Translations under genes and position numbers: made by a program
In this document: positions 48,975 to 58,237 of the stretch, one piece after another
How the letters are laid out: each line of letters starts with the position of its first letter
How positions within the stretch are numbered: the first letter of the stretch is position 1
Source of the DNA: Pedosphaera sp.
GTDB taxonomy: Bacteria > Verrucomicrobiota > Verrucomicrobiia > Limisphaerales > SIBH01
Assembly: GCA_031414955.1 (NCBI GenBank)
Contig: JANOQV010000230.1
Coordinates: forward strand, 1 to 64,000
Length of the DNA stretch: 64,000 nt
Reading direction: 5' to 3'
Notes under the pieces: generated by a model
Told to the model about the DNA's origin: nothing
What the model saw: the letters and a program-made list of their open reading frames with translations, nothing else
Database searches by the model: none

Positions 48975-49034
48975 TGGTGGGTTGGCAGGGACTCGAACCC
49001 TGGACCAACCCCGAAAAGGTTCGGGGCTGCTCTA
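48975..49034 (-). repeat. Partial copy of tRNA-Lys(TTT) (3' two-thirds) with substituted anticodon arm
   Basis: 48975-49008 is identical to tRNA 49309-49342 (34 bp) and 49027-49034 to 49358-49365. The intervening 15 nt are replaced by an 18-nt hairpin CCCCGAA-CCTT-TTCGGGG. The 5' acceptor strand is absent. Confidence 0.9.
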
Positions 49035-49295
49035 ACCATCCACCGCCTCAGCGCGCTGTTGAAGCAGGAAGATGGCGAGTTGTGGGTTTTTCTTGCGCTT
49101 GAGTTCACGCTCCACGGTACGGGCCTCTGACAAACTCGCGGTCTCCCAGGAGACGACCAATTCAAGATTCTGACCCAACCGCGCCGTGGTGTGGGTTTGT
49201 CCGCGGCGATGTTCCTCCAACCGGCGCGCGAGGTCGCTCGTCGAGCCGATGTAGTGCCGGCCGGAATCGCCGCGCAAAATATAGACCCAGGCCAT
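49032..49295 (-). CDS. Stand-alone GIY-YIG nuclease family protein (UPF0213/YhbQ-like)
   Basis: WVYIL......HYIGST.DL.RRL.EH..G...T and A...ERELK: GIY-YIG motifs with Tyr, Arg, His and Glu retained; 87 aa. Confidence 0.9.
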   Translation of the reverse strand: MAWVYILRGDSGRHYIGSTSDLARRLEEHRRGQTHTTARLGQNLELVVSWETASLSEARTVERELKRKKNPQLAIFLLQQRAEAVDG

Positions 49296-49308
49296 TTGCT
49301 GGAAAAAG

Positions 49309-49384
49309 TGGTGGGTTGGCAGGGACTCGAACCCTGGACCAATGCCTTAAAAGGGCACTGCTCTACCAACTGAGCTACCAACCC
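49309..49384 (-). tRNA. tRNA-Lys (anticodon TTT)
   Basis: Reverse complement GGGTTGGTAGCTCAGTTGGTAGAGCAGTGCC-CTTTTAA-GGCATTGGTCCAGGGTTCGAGTCCCTGCCAACCCACCA: 76 nt with CCA. Confidence 0.97.
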
Positions 49385-49399
49385 ATCCGAGGGCCGCGG

Positions 49400-49428
49400 A
49401 AGCTAATCGAGAGGTTTTGGGGTCGCAA
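49400..49428 (-). promoter_or_regulatory. Sigma70-like promoter of tRNA-Lys(TTT)
   Basis: TTGCGA-N17-TAGCTT on the minus strand, 15 nt upstream of the tRNA (same offset as for the other tRNA-Lys). Confidence 0.55.
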
Positions 49429-49457
49429 GAGATATTCCCGGCGCGAATCACGCGCCA

Positions 49458-52400
49458 TCAATCAGCCGCTGCGGTCTCGTCGCTGAAGAGGTAGCGCAGA
49501 TCGTCCAAGGTCAGGCTCTGGGAGAACTTCTCCTCGCCCAACACGTCGTCGGCCAGCGCGGACTTGGTCTTCTGCAAGGCGCGGATTTTTTCCTCGATGC
49601 TGTCCTTAATCAGGAGCCGGTACGCCATCACGTTGCGCGTCTGGCCGATGCGGTGGGTGCGGTCAATGGCCTGGTTCTCGACGGCGGGATTCCACCACGG
49701 ATCAAAAAGCACGACGTAGCTGGCGGCGGTGAGGTTGAGACCGAAGCCGCCGGCCTTGAGGGAAATAAGAAACACCGCCGCACCTTCCGCCGCTTGAAAC
49801 TTCTGCACCAGCTCGCCGCGATTCTCCGTGCCGCCGGCCAGATAAAACATTGGCCACTTCCGCTTCGTGACCTCGGCGCGCAGAATGTCGAGCATCTCCA
49901 CGAACTGGGAGAAGACCAGCACCTTGTGGCCTTCCTCCATGAGCGGCTCGACCTGATCGACCAGCGCCTCCAGCTTGGCGCTGGCCGCCTTCGAGTCGGG
50001 CTTCACCAGCCGGGGATGGCAGCAAATCTGCCGCAGCCGCAGCAACGAAGTGAGGAAGTGGAAGCGTTGCTCGGCCAGTTGCTTCTGGGTCTGCACGCGC
50101 AGCAGCATCTGCTGGGCGCGTTTCAGTTCCGCGCGGTAGAGCGTCTTCTGTTCGCCTTCGATCTCGCAGAACAAATCCTCCTCCACGCGATCGGGCAAAT
50201 CCTTGGCCACCTGCGACTTGGTGCGGCGCAAAAGAAACGGACGCACGCGCGCGGCCAGCCGGCGGCGGGCGAACGGATCATCCTTGGCCTCAAACATCTT
50301 GGAAAACTGCGCGCGACTGCCGACCGAGCCGGGCATGGCGAAGGTCATCAGGCTCCACAAATCGGTCAGCCGGTTTTCAATCGGCGTGCCTGAGAGCACG
50401 AGCCGGTGCGAGGCCCGCAGGCCGCGCGCGATCTGCGCGGTGATGGAACTTGGGTTCTTGATGTACTGGCCCTCATCAAGAATCACCGCCAGCCAGCGTA
50501 CTTGGATGAGGTTTTCCCCGAGCAGGCGGAGCTGGTTGTAGTTGATGACGTGCAGATCGGCGGTGGCGAGGTTCTGGGGAAGGTCTTTCGATTCGTTCGC
50601 ACCCCAGATGCGCACGCGCAGCCCGGTGACGAATCGCTCCGCCTCCGCGCGCCAGTTATCCATCACGCTCTTGGGGCAGACGACGAGGGAAGTTTGGGGA
50701 TGAGGTTTGGCGTCCGGGGTCTGGGCTGATTGCGCGCGCAGATGTTCAAGCCAGGCCAGGGTCTGCAAGGTTTTTCCCAGGCCCATGTCGTCGGCCAGGA
50801 TGCCGCCGAAACTGTTCGCCGCGAGATAGGCGAGAAAGTGATAGCCGTCGCGCTGGTAAGGTCGCAACTCGGCGCTGATGGTGGCCGGCACCTCCGGCGT
50901 GACGCGCGCCTTGATCTCCCCGGCGCGGCGCTCGATCTGTTCATACTGCGGCTCGTCGAGAAACTTCTTCGCCGCCTTGTCCGCCAGTTGCAGCGCGTGC
51001 AGGCGCTGCGGCTCGGCGGTCAGTTCGCGCGGATTGAGGCCCAGTTTAGCCAGTTGCTCGTCGTCATCCTCGGTCAGGTTGAACTGCAAACGCTTCCAAC
51101 CTTTGCCTTCGAGACGGACAAAGGCGCCCCGCGCGTTCAGCAGCAGCTTCAACTCGTCCTGCGTGAGCGTGGTGTCGTCCACGTCGAGGACCACGCGCAA
51201 ATCGAACCAGTCGATCTCAGCCTCGGCCTGGGTCACGTCGAGCCGCACACTGCCGGCCACCGCCTCGGCGGCCAGCGAGGCCAGATCGCCCTTCAACTCC
51301 ACCTTCACCTGGGGTGGCAAGGACTTGATCCAGGCCGCAAAGAGCGCGGGAAACTTTTTCGTGACCCGCAGGGTGAACCCGCCGCGATACTGCTCCCACT
51401 TCGCTTCCAGGCCCGCCAGCAGGTTGAACGGATTGCCCAGCGCGCTGCGGTCGGGGATGACGATGGCCCCGCTCTTCTTTTCTTTCTCGGAAGTCGAGTG
51501 ACCGCGTTCCCAGGAAAAGCCATTCCAGGTGTCCTGCACGCGGCCTTGCTCGTCGAGGGCGCGCGGGAGGATGGCGCAGTACTCCGTTTCGGAGCCGGGA
51601 TAAGTGGGCTTCAAGGCACAAGAAAACTGCAAGACCATCGGCACAATGCGCACACGCGCGCGCAACCGGGTCGGCATCTCCACTCCGAGCGAATGCAGCA
51701 GAGCCACGCCGGCCCGACTTTCAAGCGCCACGGCGGGAATCCTGTTCTCAGCCCGCGGATCAAGCACCCCGGCCTGCACCACCGGGCCGCGCAGCACTTC
51801 CGTCTCGGTCACGTAAATCGCCGGGCGTCCACCCAAAACGCAGAGCATTGGCCCCGCCGGCGTGCCATCCGCCCGGGCCAGACGCATGATGTAATCGCCA
51901 TTCGCATCCGTCGGCTCGGCCAGATGCCAGCGCAACGACTCGGCGGGGAACTGGAACGGTTCGCCGCGCGGGTTGACCAGTCGCGAATGCACCGTCGGCA
52001 GGCGCACGAGGCGCACCAGCGCGCGCTGGGTCGTCTCCTCGTAATACTCCAGCCCAAGTCGCGCCCCGTAGAGCAGGCGCTGTTCAAAAATCGGCCAGAG
52101 CCATTCCGCCTCGGAGACCAGTTCTGACTCGCCGGCCTGCAGGCGCCGTTGCAACTCGCGCATCTGGTTTTGTTTCATGGTGGAAAACTCCGCCTGCCCC
52201 GGCAGCTTCCACTCCAACTCCGCGCCCTTCTCGCGCAAGGCCAGCCGCAGATCAACCGACTCGGCCGCCGCGATCTCCGCCGTGAGCTCGGGCGTGTATT
52301 TCACCGCCTGGCCCAGCGCGGTCTTCCAACGGTTAATCTCCTGGGCGCGCTGCCACTGGCTCAACTCCGCTTCGATCTCCGAGAAGTCGGTGACGGGTTG

Positions 52401-53051
52401 GAGAAACTCGGGGAGGAGCTTGCCGCGACGCTGCAACTCGCGCGCGATGTAGAGCCAGAAGCGGCGTAGCGAGACGGGAAAGGCCGGCCAGATTTTCAGC
52501 GCATCCCAGCCGTAGCCCCCGATGGGCGTGCCCAGTTCCTGAAAATCCCACTGAGTGATCACTCCGCGTTGGCGGCACTGGGCGTGAAGTCGTTCCAGCC
52601 GCTGGAGAAAACTTTTCTCCCCCGCGACCAGCTTGCGCTCCAGCGCCGCCGCAACCTGATCGGGAAAAGGCGTTTGGTCATCGCGGACCGGCTTCAGCCG
52701 GGGCGGCTCGACCGGTCCCGAGGCCGCCCCCTCGGACAACGCGCGCACGCTGCCCTGGGTGTGCTCGACCAGCAGCGCCTTGAGCACGGCATAGACGTGT
52801 TTGCAGTCGCCCTCCATCGGGCACGAGCAGGCTTCGTCGAAGACGCCGTCGGCATCCAGGCCCACCGCGACCGTGTATAGTTCCGTGCCCTGCACCTCGG
52901 CGAGAAACTCTCCCTCCTCCTCACCGCACCGCAAATTCCGCACCCGGCCGCCGAGGAAATACTTTTCCCCGCGCGCCCGGGTCGCGGGCGACATTGCGGC
53001 CATCTCCTGGCGCACGACCTCGGGGTCGGCGAGCACAATCGGCAATTCCAT
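49458..53051 (-). CDS. SNF2-family helicase with N-terminal SWIM zinc finger
   Basis: CSCPMEGDCKHVYA (SWIM); LRPYQ, LADDMGLGKT, ILDEGQ.IKN, SGTPIEN, GLNLTAA, DPWWNPAVENQA.DR.HRIGQ. Confidence 0.95.
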   Translation of the reverse strand: MELPIVLADPEVVRQEMAAMSPATRARGEKYFLGGRVRNLRCGEEEGEFLAEVQGTELYTVAVGLDADGVFDEACSCPMEGDCKHVYAVLKALLVEHTQGSVRALSEGAASGPVEPPRLKPVRDDQTPFPDQVAAALERKLVAGEKSFLQRLERLHAQCRQRGVITQWDFQELGTPIGGYGWDALKIWPAFPVSLRRFWLYIARELQRRGKLLPEFLQPVTDFSEIEAELSQWQRAQEINRWKTALGQAVKYTPELTAEIAAAESVDLRLALREKGAELEWKLPGQAEFSTMKQNQMRELQRRLQAGESELVSEAEWLWPIFEQRLLYGARLGLEYYEETTQRALVRLVRLPTVHSRLVNPRGEPFQFPAESLRWHLAEPTDANGDYIMRLARADGTPAGPMLCVLGGRPAIYVTETEVLRGPVVQAGVLDPRAENRIPAVALESRAGVALLHSLGVEMPTRLRARVRIVPMVLQFSCALKPTYPGSETEYCAILPRALDEQGRVQDTWNGFSWERGHSTSEKEKKSGAIVIPDRSALGNPFNLLAGLEAKWEQYRGGFTLRVTKKFPALFAAWIKSLPPQVKVELKGDLASLAAEAVAGSVRLDVTQAEAEIDWFDLRVVLDVDDTTLTQDELKLLLNARGAFVRLEGKGWKRLQFNLTEDDDEQLAKLGLNPRELTAEPQRLHALQLADKAAKKFLDEPQYEQIERRAGEIKARVTPEVPATISAELRPYQRDGYHFLAYLAANSFGGILADDMGLGKTLQTLAWLEHLRAQSAQTPDAKPHPQTSLVVCPKSVMDNWRAEAERFVTGLRVRIWGANESKDLPQNLATADLHVINYNQLRLLGENLIQVRWLAVILDEGQYIKNPSSITAQIARGLRASHRLVLSGTPIENRLTDLWSLMTFAMPGSVGSRAQFSKMFEAKDDPFARRRLAARVRPFLLRRTKSQVAKDLPDRVEEDLFCEIEGEQKTLYRAELKRAQQMLLRVQTQKQLAEQRFHFLTSLLRLRQICCHPRLVKPDSKAASAKLEALVDQVEPLMEEGHKVLVFSQFVEMLDILRAEVTKRKWPMFYLAGGTENRGELVQKFQAAEGAAVFLISLKAGGFGLNLTAASYVVLFDPWWNPAVENQAIDRTHRIGQTRNVMAYRLLIKDSIEEKIRALQKTKSALADDVLGEEKFSQSLTLDDLRYLFSDETAAAD

Positions 53052-53259
53052 TGGCGCGAGACTCTAGCGGGCGATTGGCGCGCGGCAAGAGGGAGACAAT
53101 TTTTCCGGACGAAAGCCGGGCACTGCTCGTGGATCATCCACCGCCGAGAACGACGAAGTCCCCACCACGGCGAGGCGAAATGGGATCGAACGGCAGCCCG
53201 GCCTGCCCTGAGGGCACGAAGGGCCGGTTCCTCCAGGACCGGCCGGGCGGAAGGCAGAG

Positions 53260-55836
53260 TTACTTCTTGGCCGGTTTCACCGGCTGACCCGCCGCCTCCA
53301 CCTTCTTCCTCAAGCCATCAAGGTCCCGGCGCAGTTCGCGGTTTTGCTTTTGCAGATCAATCACCTCACGGCGCACGTCGCCGGCTTCGAGCGCGGTCTT
53401 GCGCTGGGCGCGGATGGCCTCGAGGGCGCGCTCGGCGGCGGCGCGTTCCGGTGTGCTCTTGGGCAGCGCGGCGAAGCGGTCGAGGATCGGCACGGCCCGT
53501 TCATCGCGCAGAGTGCCGAGCGCGTTGAGCGCGGCCAGCTTCACGTTCTTGCGCACGTCGTTCACGAATCCCGCCAGGAACTCCCGCACCACCGTCTTGT
53601 CCTCCAAGTCTCGTGCGAGGCTGGCCAGCACCTCCAACCCCACGGCCAGCGTCCGGCCCGGCAGTTCGCCCTTGCGGCGCTGAAGCGACTCGCGCACCGG
53701 CTCCACGTAATAGGAATCATTCTGCGCCCGCATGGTGGTCAGGGCCGTCTCGGCCAGGTGCTGCCGCCATGATTCGCCGTTGAGATACTTGAGCAACACG
53801 TTCCGGGCATTCGTGCCCGTCGGGGCCAGCGCGCCCAGCGCCACACCGACGATCTCGGGATTCTTCTCCGTGGCGAGAATGGCCTGCGCCTGGGCAAAGG
53901 CTTCCGGTCGATAAAACGCCGTGACGTCCGCGACCACTTGTTTGCGCACTCGCGCGTCCGGCTGTTTCAACGAAGCCGCCAGCGCCTCGTAGGTCTCGTC
54001 GGTGTACATGGCGCGCAAGGCCCTCGAAGCGGCGGCGCGCACCGCGTAATGCGCATCGCTGTTCAGCGCAGTCTTGAGTTTGGCGATGGCCTCGTGATCG
54101 CGGCGCTCGCCCAGTTGCGCGACGGCGAGCAACCGCCCGGGCATATCTGACTTGTCCGTGAGTTGCGCCTGGAGCATTGAGCCAGGCGGGCGAAAGTTGA
54201 TCACCCCGAGCACGCTGACGTTGGGATCGATTCGCACCAGCTCCGGCTGCGCCTCCAGCGCGACGGTGAAATCCTCATCGCGCTGCTTCACCACCAGAAC
54301 GTGATCGACCGCGCCCGATTTGAGTTTGAAACGCACCGGCAGCGGGAAGTGGAACAGCGGCACCGACTCGGTTACGGCCTGGGACTGGCGCACGGAGATT
54401 TTCGCGGACTTCGTCCGCTCATCCCAACTGTAGCCCACCTCCACCCGCGGAAAGCCGGTGTGATAAACCCACTGGTCGAAGAACTGGTCGAACGACCGGC
54501 CGCTCAACTCCTCCACCACCGCGCGCAAATCATCCGTGACCACGCTGCCGAACTTGTGCCGTTCGACATAGGTCTGCACACAACGTCGGAACATTTCCGG
54601 CCCGAGCTGGTTCCGCAACATGTTCAACACCCAGCTTCCCTTGCCATAGGCAAAGCCGTCGAACTGCTCGTTGGCGTCGCCATACTGGCGCCAGACGATT
54701 GACTTGTGAATGTTGGGCGAGGCCGTGAGCGTCTTGCGCCCCTCGATCATCTCGTAGAGAAACTGATCCCGCCCGTCCTTGTGCTCGGTGTAGAGCGAAT
54801 CGTAGAAGGTCGCGAAGCCCTCGTTCAGCCAGAGGTGGCTCCAATCCTTGCAGGTGAGCAGATCCCCGAACCACTGATGCGCCAGTTCGTGCGCGATCAG
54901 TCCCTGACTGCTGCGCAAGGTCTCGTAGCCCGGCGGGAACATGGTGTTGATGTTCAAAGTGGTCAGCGAAATGTTCTCCATGCCGCCCCAGTGAAAATCC
55001 TGGATGCACACCTGGTCATACTTGTCCCACGGATAAGGCACGCCGATCTCCCGCTCGAGGAACTCCATGATCGGCAGCGTGTTGGTAAAGGAGTTCATGG
55101 CGTGCGTGATCTCCGAGGCTGGCGTCCACCAGCTCATGGGAATGTCGCGATGCTTCGCCTCGACCGACTTGAGCCGCCCCGCCACGAGCGCCACGAGATA
55201 GTTCGCCATCGGCTTGTCCTGGAGCCAGCGCACCGCCATCAAGCCATCCGCGCCCTTGTCCTCCGATAGCTTGCGCCCGTTGGCCAGCGCCACGATGCCC
55301 TCCGCCACATGGCAGATCACTTCCACCGTGAATTTTTCGTTCGGGTAATCATAGGAAGGATACCAGTAGCGCGCCTCGTGCGGCTCGCCCTGCGTCCAGA
55401 GGTGCATGTCCTCCTCCGCAAAGCCCAGCTCCGGCGTGCGGAAGTAAAGCCCCTTCTCCGGCTGCGCGCTGTAACGCACCGTCACGCTCGCCTCTTTGCC
55501 GACGGGAATGGGCTGCTCAAAGGTGATGACCACTTTGTCGTCCGTGACCTGGTAGCCGAGGATTTTTTCCGTCGCCGTCACCGACGCCACCGTGAGCTCA
55601 ATGGCGTCCAGCTTCAGCTCCGCAAAGGGCCGCGCGATGGGCTTGAACCGCCAGGTGGCGCTGCCGGACACGGTGCGCTGTTTGAAATCCGGCGTCACGT
55701 CCAAGATAAGATGCGCGATGTCAATCTCGCGGTCCGGCGCGTACTTGCGGTACCCCGGCGCATCCGGCGCGGCGGCGGGCAGGTCGAAACTCAGAGCGAG
55801 CAGCGCCAGCGATAAAACAATGGAAAACATTTTCAT
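53260..55836 (-). CDS. Secreted M1-family aminopeptidase with C-terminal HEAT repeats and coiled coil
   Basis: GGMEN, HELAHQWFGD...LWLNEGFA and Y.KG; signal peptide; helical repeats. Confidence 0.93.
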   Translation of the reverse strand: MKMFSIVLSLALLALSFDLPAAAPDAPGYRKYAPDREIDIAHLILDVTPDFKQRTVSGSATWRFKPIARPFAELKLDAIELTVASVTATEKILGYQVTDDKVVITFEQPIPVGKEASVTVRYSAQPEKGLYFRTPELGFAEEDMHLWTQGEPHEARYWYPSYDYPNEKFTVEVICHVAEGIVALANGRKLSEDKGADGLMAVRWLQDKPMANYLVALVAGRLKSVEAKHRDIPMSWWTPASEITHAMNSFTNTLPIMEFLEREIGVPYPWDKYDQVCIQDFHWGGMENISLTTLNINTMFPPGYETLRSSQGLIAHELAHQWFGDLLTCKDWSHLWLNEGFATFYDSLYTEHKDGRDQFLYEMIEGRKTLTASPNIHKSIVWRQYGDANEQFDGFAYGKGSWVLNMLRNQLGPEMFRRCVQTYVERHKFGSVVTDDLRAVVEELSGRSFDQFFDQWVYHTGFPRVEVGYSWDERTKSAKISVRQSQAVTESVPLFHFPLPVRFKLKSGAVDHVLVVKQRDEDFTVALEAQPELVRIDPNVSVLGVINFRPPGSMLQAQLTDKSDMPGRLLAVAQLGERRDHEAIAKLKTALNSDAHYAVRAAASRALRAMYTDETYEALAASLKQPDARVRKQVVADVTAFYRPEAFAQAQAILATEKNPEIVGVALGALAPTGTNARNVLLKYLNGESWRQHLAETALTTMRAQNDSYYVEPVRESLQRRKGELPGRTLAVGLEVLASLARDLEDKTVVREFLAGFVNDVRKNVKLAALNALGTLRDERAVPILDRFAALPKSTPERAAAERALEAIRAQRKTALEAGDVRREVIDLQKQNRELRRDLDGLRKKVEAAGQPVKPAKK

Positions 55837-55989
55837 GGTTCGCGACTGAACCACACCGCCCACGCGGGCGGAAGCGCGGACTTTGCTGATCAGGCCATGA
55901 GGTGGAAACAGACGATGCCCCTGCCCTCTGGGCCATGAAGGCTCACGACCGTGACCCGCGCAAGCTGCCGCCACGGCGCAGGCGAACCT

Positions 55990-57297
55990 TCACACCTCTT
56001 CCAACGCCTTGCTCGCATCGCCGAACTTCGGCAGGCGCACGTTCATCTTGTCCATCATCGAGAGATAGAGCCGGCACATCTGGCGCTCGGACTTGCCCTT
56101 GTAATCGATGATGCGCCCGCCTTTGATGCGCCCCCCTGCCCCGCCGAGCAACACGACCGGGAGCTGATCATTGTTGTGATTGCCGGTCATCATGCTGGAG
56201 CAATACATCAGCATCGTATTGTCGAGCAGCGTGCGCGGGCCTTCTTGGATGCCATCAAGCTTGCGCGCGATGTAGGCGACCTGTTCGAGGAAGAACTGGT
56301 TCACCTTCAGCCAGTCGGCCGTGTCGCTGTGCGAGAGCAGATGGTGAATCATGTAGTCCACGCCGAGGTTCGGGAACCGCAGCGAGCTGTGATCGTTGTT
56401 CAGCTTGAGCGTGGTGATGCGCGTCGTATCGGTCTGGAAGCCGAGCACCAGGATGTCGCACATCAACCGCATGTGTTCGGCGATGTCCTGCGGGATGCCG
56501 TCGGCGGGACGCGGGATGTTCGGCGCGCTCAGGGTCGGACGCCAGCCTTGGAGCTCACCCTTCTTGCCGGCGTTCTCGATGCGCTGCTCCACGTCGCGCA
56601 CGGAGTCGAGATATTCGTCGAGCTTGCGCTGATCATTTGCGCTGATGTGCCGGCGCAGATCTTTCGCGTCCGTCATCACCGCGTCCAGCACGCTTTTGTC
56701 GCCCTGGCTCACCTCGTCCTTGAACAGCCGGTCGAACGCCAGCGCGGGATAAACCTCCAGCGGCGTCGGCGTGGTCGGGGAACTCCACGAGATATGCGAG
56801 CTGTAGAGCATCGAGTAGTTCTTGTGGACGGACGGATTCGACTTCTCACAACCCAGCACGAGACTCGGCACCTTGGTCGAGCGTCCGTAAGTTTGCGCCA
56901 TCAACTGGTCGATGCTCGTGCCGGAACGAATCTCGCCACCGGACGCCAGCGGCGCGCCGGAGAGCAGGTTGCCGGTCTGCGAGCTGTGGATGTTCCCCTT
57001 CGTTGACTCATCGTTGTAGAGGCCGCGCACGAAGAGCATCTTCTCGCGGAAATCGTTCAGCGGCGCGAGCACCTTGCCGAGCTCCATCTGCTTGCCTTCG
57101 CCCTTGGCCCACCATTCCTTCGAGTGAAAGCCGTTGCCCGAAAACAGCACGGCCAGCCGCACCGGCGCTTCACTGGCCGGCTTGACCCCGGCGGGCGGCG
57201 TGTCGCCCCAGACGGTGACCGATTCCATCCACGGCAGCGCCATCGTGACGCCGACCCCGCGAAGAAACGTGCGACGAGAGAATTGGTGTGTGGTCAT
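55990..57297 (-). CDS. DUF1552 domain protein (Tat-like signal)
   Basis: SRRTFLRGVGVTMALPWMES, SIDQ.MA, KLDEYLDSVR.VE.RI, FQTDTTR, H.LSH, LLDNT and GNH...LPV.L.G. Confidence 0.9.
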   Translation of the reverse strand: MTTHQFSRRTFLRGVGVTMALPWMESVTVWGDTPPAGVKPASEAPVRLAVLFSGNGFHSKEWWAKGEGKQMELGKVLAPLNDFREKMLFVRGLYNDESTKGNIHSSQTGNLLSGAPLASGGEIRSGTSIDQLMAQTYGRSTKVPSLVLGCEKSNPSVHKNYSMLYSSHISWSSPTTPTPLEVYPALAFDRLFKDEVSQGDKSVLDAVMTDAKDLRRHISANDQRKLDEYLDSVRDVEQRIENAGKKGELQGWRPTLSAPNIPRPADGIPQDIAEHMRLMCDILVLGFQTDTTRITTLKLNNDHSSLRFPNLGVDYMIHHLLSHSDTADWLKVNQFFLEQVAYIARKLDGIQEGPRTLLDNTMLMYCSSMMTGNHNNDQLPVVLLGGAGGRIKGGRIIDYKGKSERQMCRLYLSMMDKMNVRLPKFGDASKALEEV

Positions 57298-57337
57298 AAT
57301 CAGTTGGGGTTTGACGACTGGTCGCTCGAATACTTCA

Positions 57338-58225
57338 TCACACAAATCCTCTGAGAAAAGCGATGGCTTCGGCGCGCTTGGGGAAAGTCGCTTCAATCTT
57401 GGCACCAGTGTTGAACCGAATCTGAACTTCAAACGCTTCCCGCTGCTCGCCGTCTTCGCGCAACCGATACGACTTCTCTTCCTCAATCAAATAGGCAATC
57501 GCGCTCTCAACGTCCGAACACTCGACAGAATGCCCGCGCAACACCGTCAGTCGAATCAAGGACACCTGACGGTTGAGGGCGGCCTCCAGACGCAGCTTGA
57601 AATCTGCAATCTCACGTCCGTGCAGTGCGTGAAGTTTCGCCAGCAGGCGGTCGGACGCTTGCGGTTGCGGCAGAGATTCCCATTTCGCAATCTTCTCGCG
57701 GAACTGCTTCTCGGTGGTGCCGCCCGTGCCGTCTTCTGAAGAGGCGTCGATGCCGAGTTCTTTGAACGCAGTCAAAATTGAGTTGTAAGGAATGTGCAGG
57801 ACACCGAAGCCTTTCGATTCCAACTGCTGCAAGGCGCTCCGCGTGAACTCGCCCGCGAGCACCGCGCCACAGAACGGCTGATGACGCGAGAAGGTCAGGG
57901 CAATCGGCATCACCGCCGCTTCGATTTCTTGCACCTTGTTCTTCGAGTGCTTGGTGTAGCGTCGCCACGCTGACTCAATGAAAGCGATGGGAACACCGAG
58001 CGTGTCCTCTGTTCCACCGCGCTCCAGAACATAGTCAAGGTCATGCTTATTACCGTAGCCATCCTGCCACGTCACTTTGCCCTGGCCGCCTCGCGTGGCG
58101 CGCGGTCGCTTGAAATCAAGGTGGAGTCCATGCCGTTGCGCGACCTCGCCGAGAATGTTGCGAACGAACATCTCGAAACCGTCCCCGATGATCTGTCCCC
58201 AACGATGGGCGAGTGATTGGGCCAT
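57338..58225 (-). CDS. Putative type II restriction endonuclease (PD-(D/E)xK-like)
   Basis: Lies 12 nt downstream of a DNA methyltransferase. KHDLDYVLE...AFIESAWRRYTKHSKNK resembles a PD-(D/E)xK core. Specificity unknown. Confidence 0.6.
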   Translation of the reverse strand: MAQSLAHRWGQIIGDGFEMFVRNILGEVAQRHGLHLDFKRPRATRGGQGKVTWQDGYGNKHDLDYVLERGGTEDTLGVPIAFIESAWRRYTKHSKNKVQEIEAAVMPIALTFSRHQPFCGAVLAGEFTRSALQQLESKGFGVLHIPYNSILTAFKELGIDASSEDGTGGTTEKQFREKIAKWESLPQPQASDRLLAKLHALHGREIADFKLRLEAALNRQVSLIRLTVLRGHSVECSDVESAIAYLIEEEKSYRLREDGEQREAFEVQIRFNTGAKIEATFPKRAEAIAFLRGFV

Positions 58226-58237
58226 AAGATTTCCCTG

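Noticed and set aside
48975..49008. Classical attR of an integrative element
   Set aside because: Only 334 bp from the tRNA, no recombinase, and homology resumes beyond the replaced anticodon arm; treated as a separate finding.
49458..53051. SNF2 helicase as a component of a defence system
   Set aside because: The SWIM-SNF2 architecture is widespread, composition is host-like, and no defence partner genes are adjacent.
53052..53259. Possible hammerhead-like motif (GGACGAAAG) in the intergenic region
   Set aside because: No CTGATGA core or compatible three-stem arrangement.
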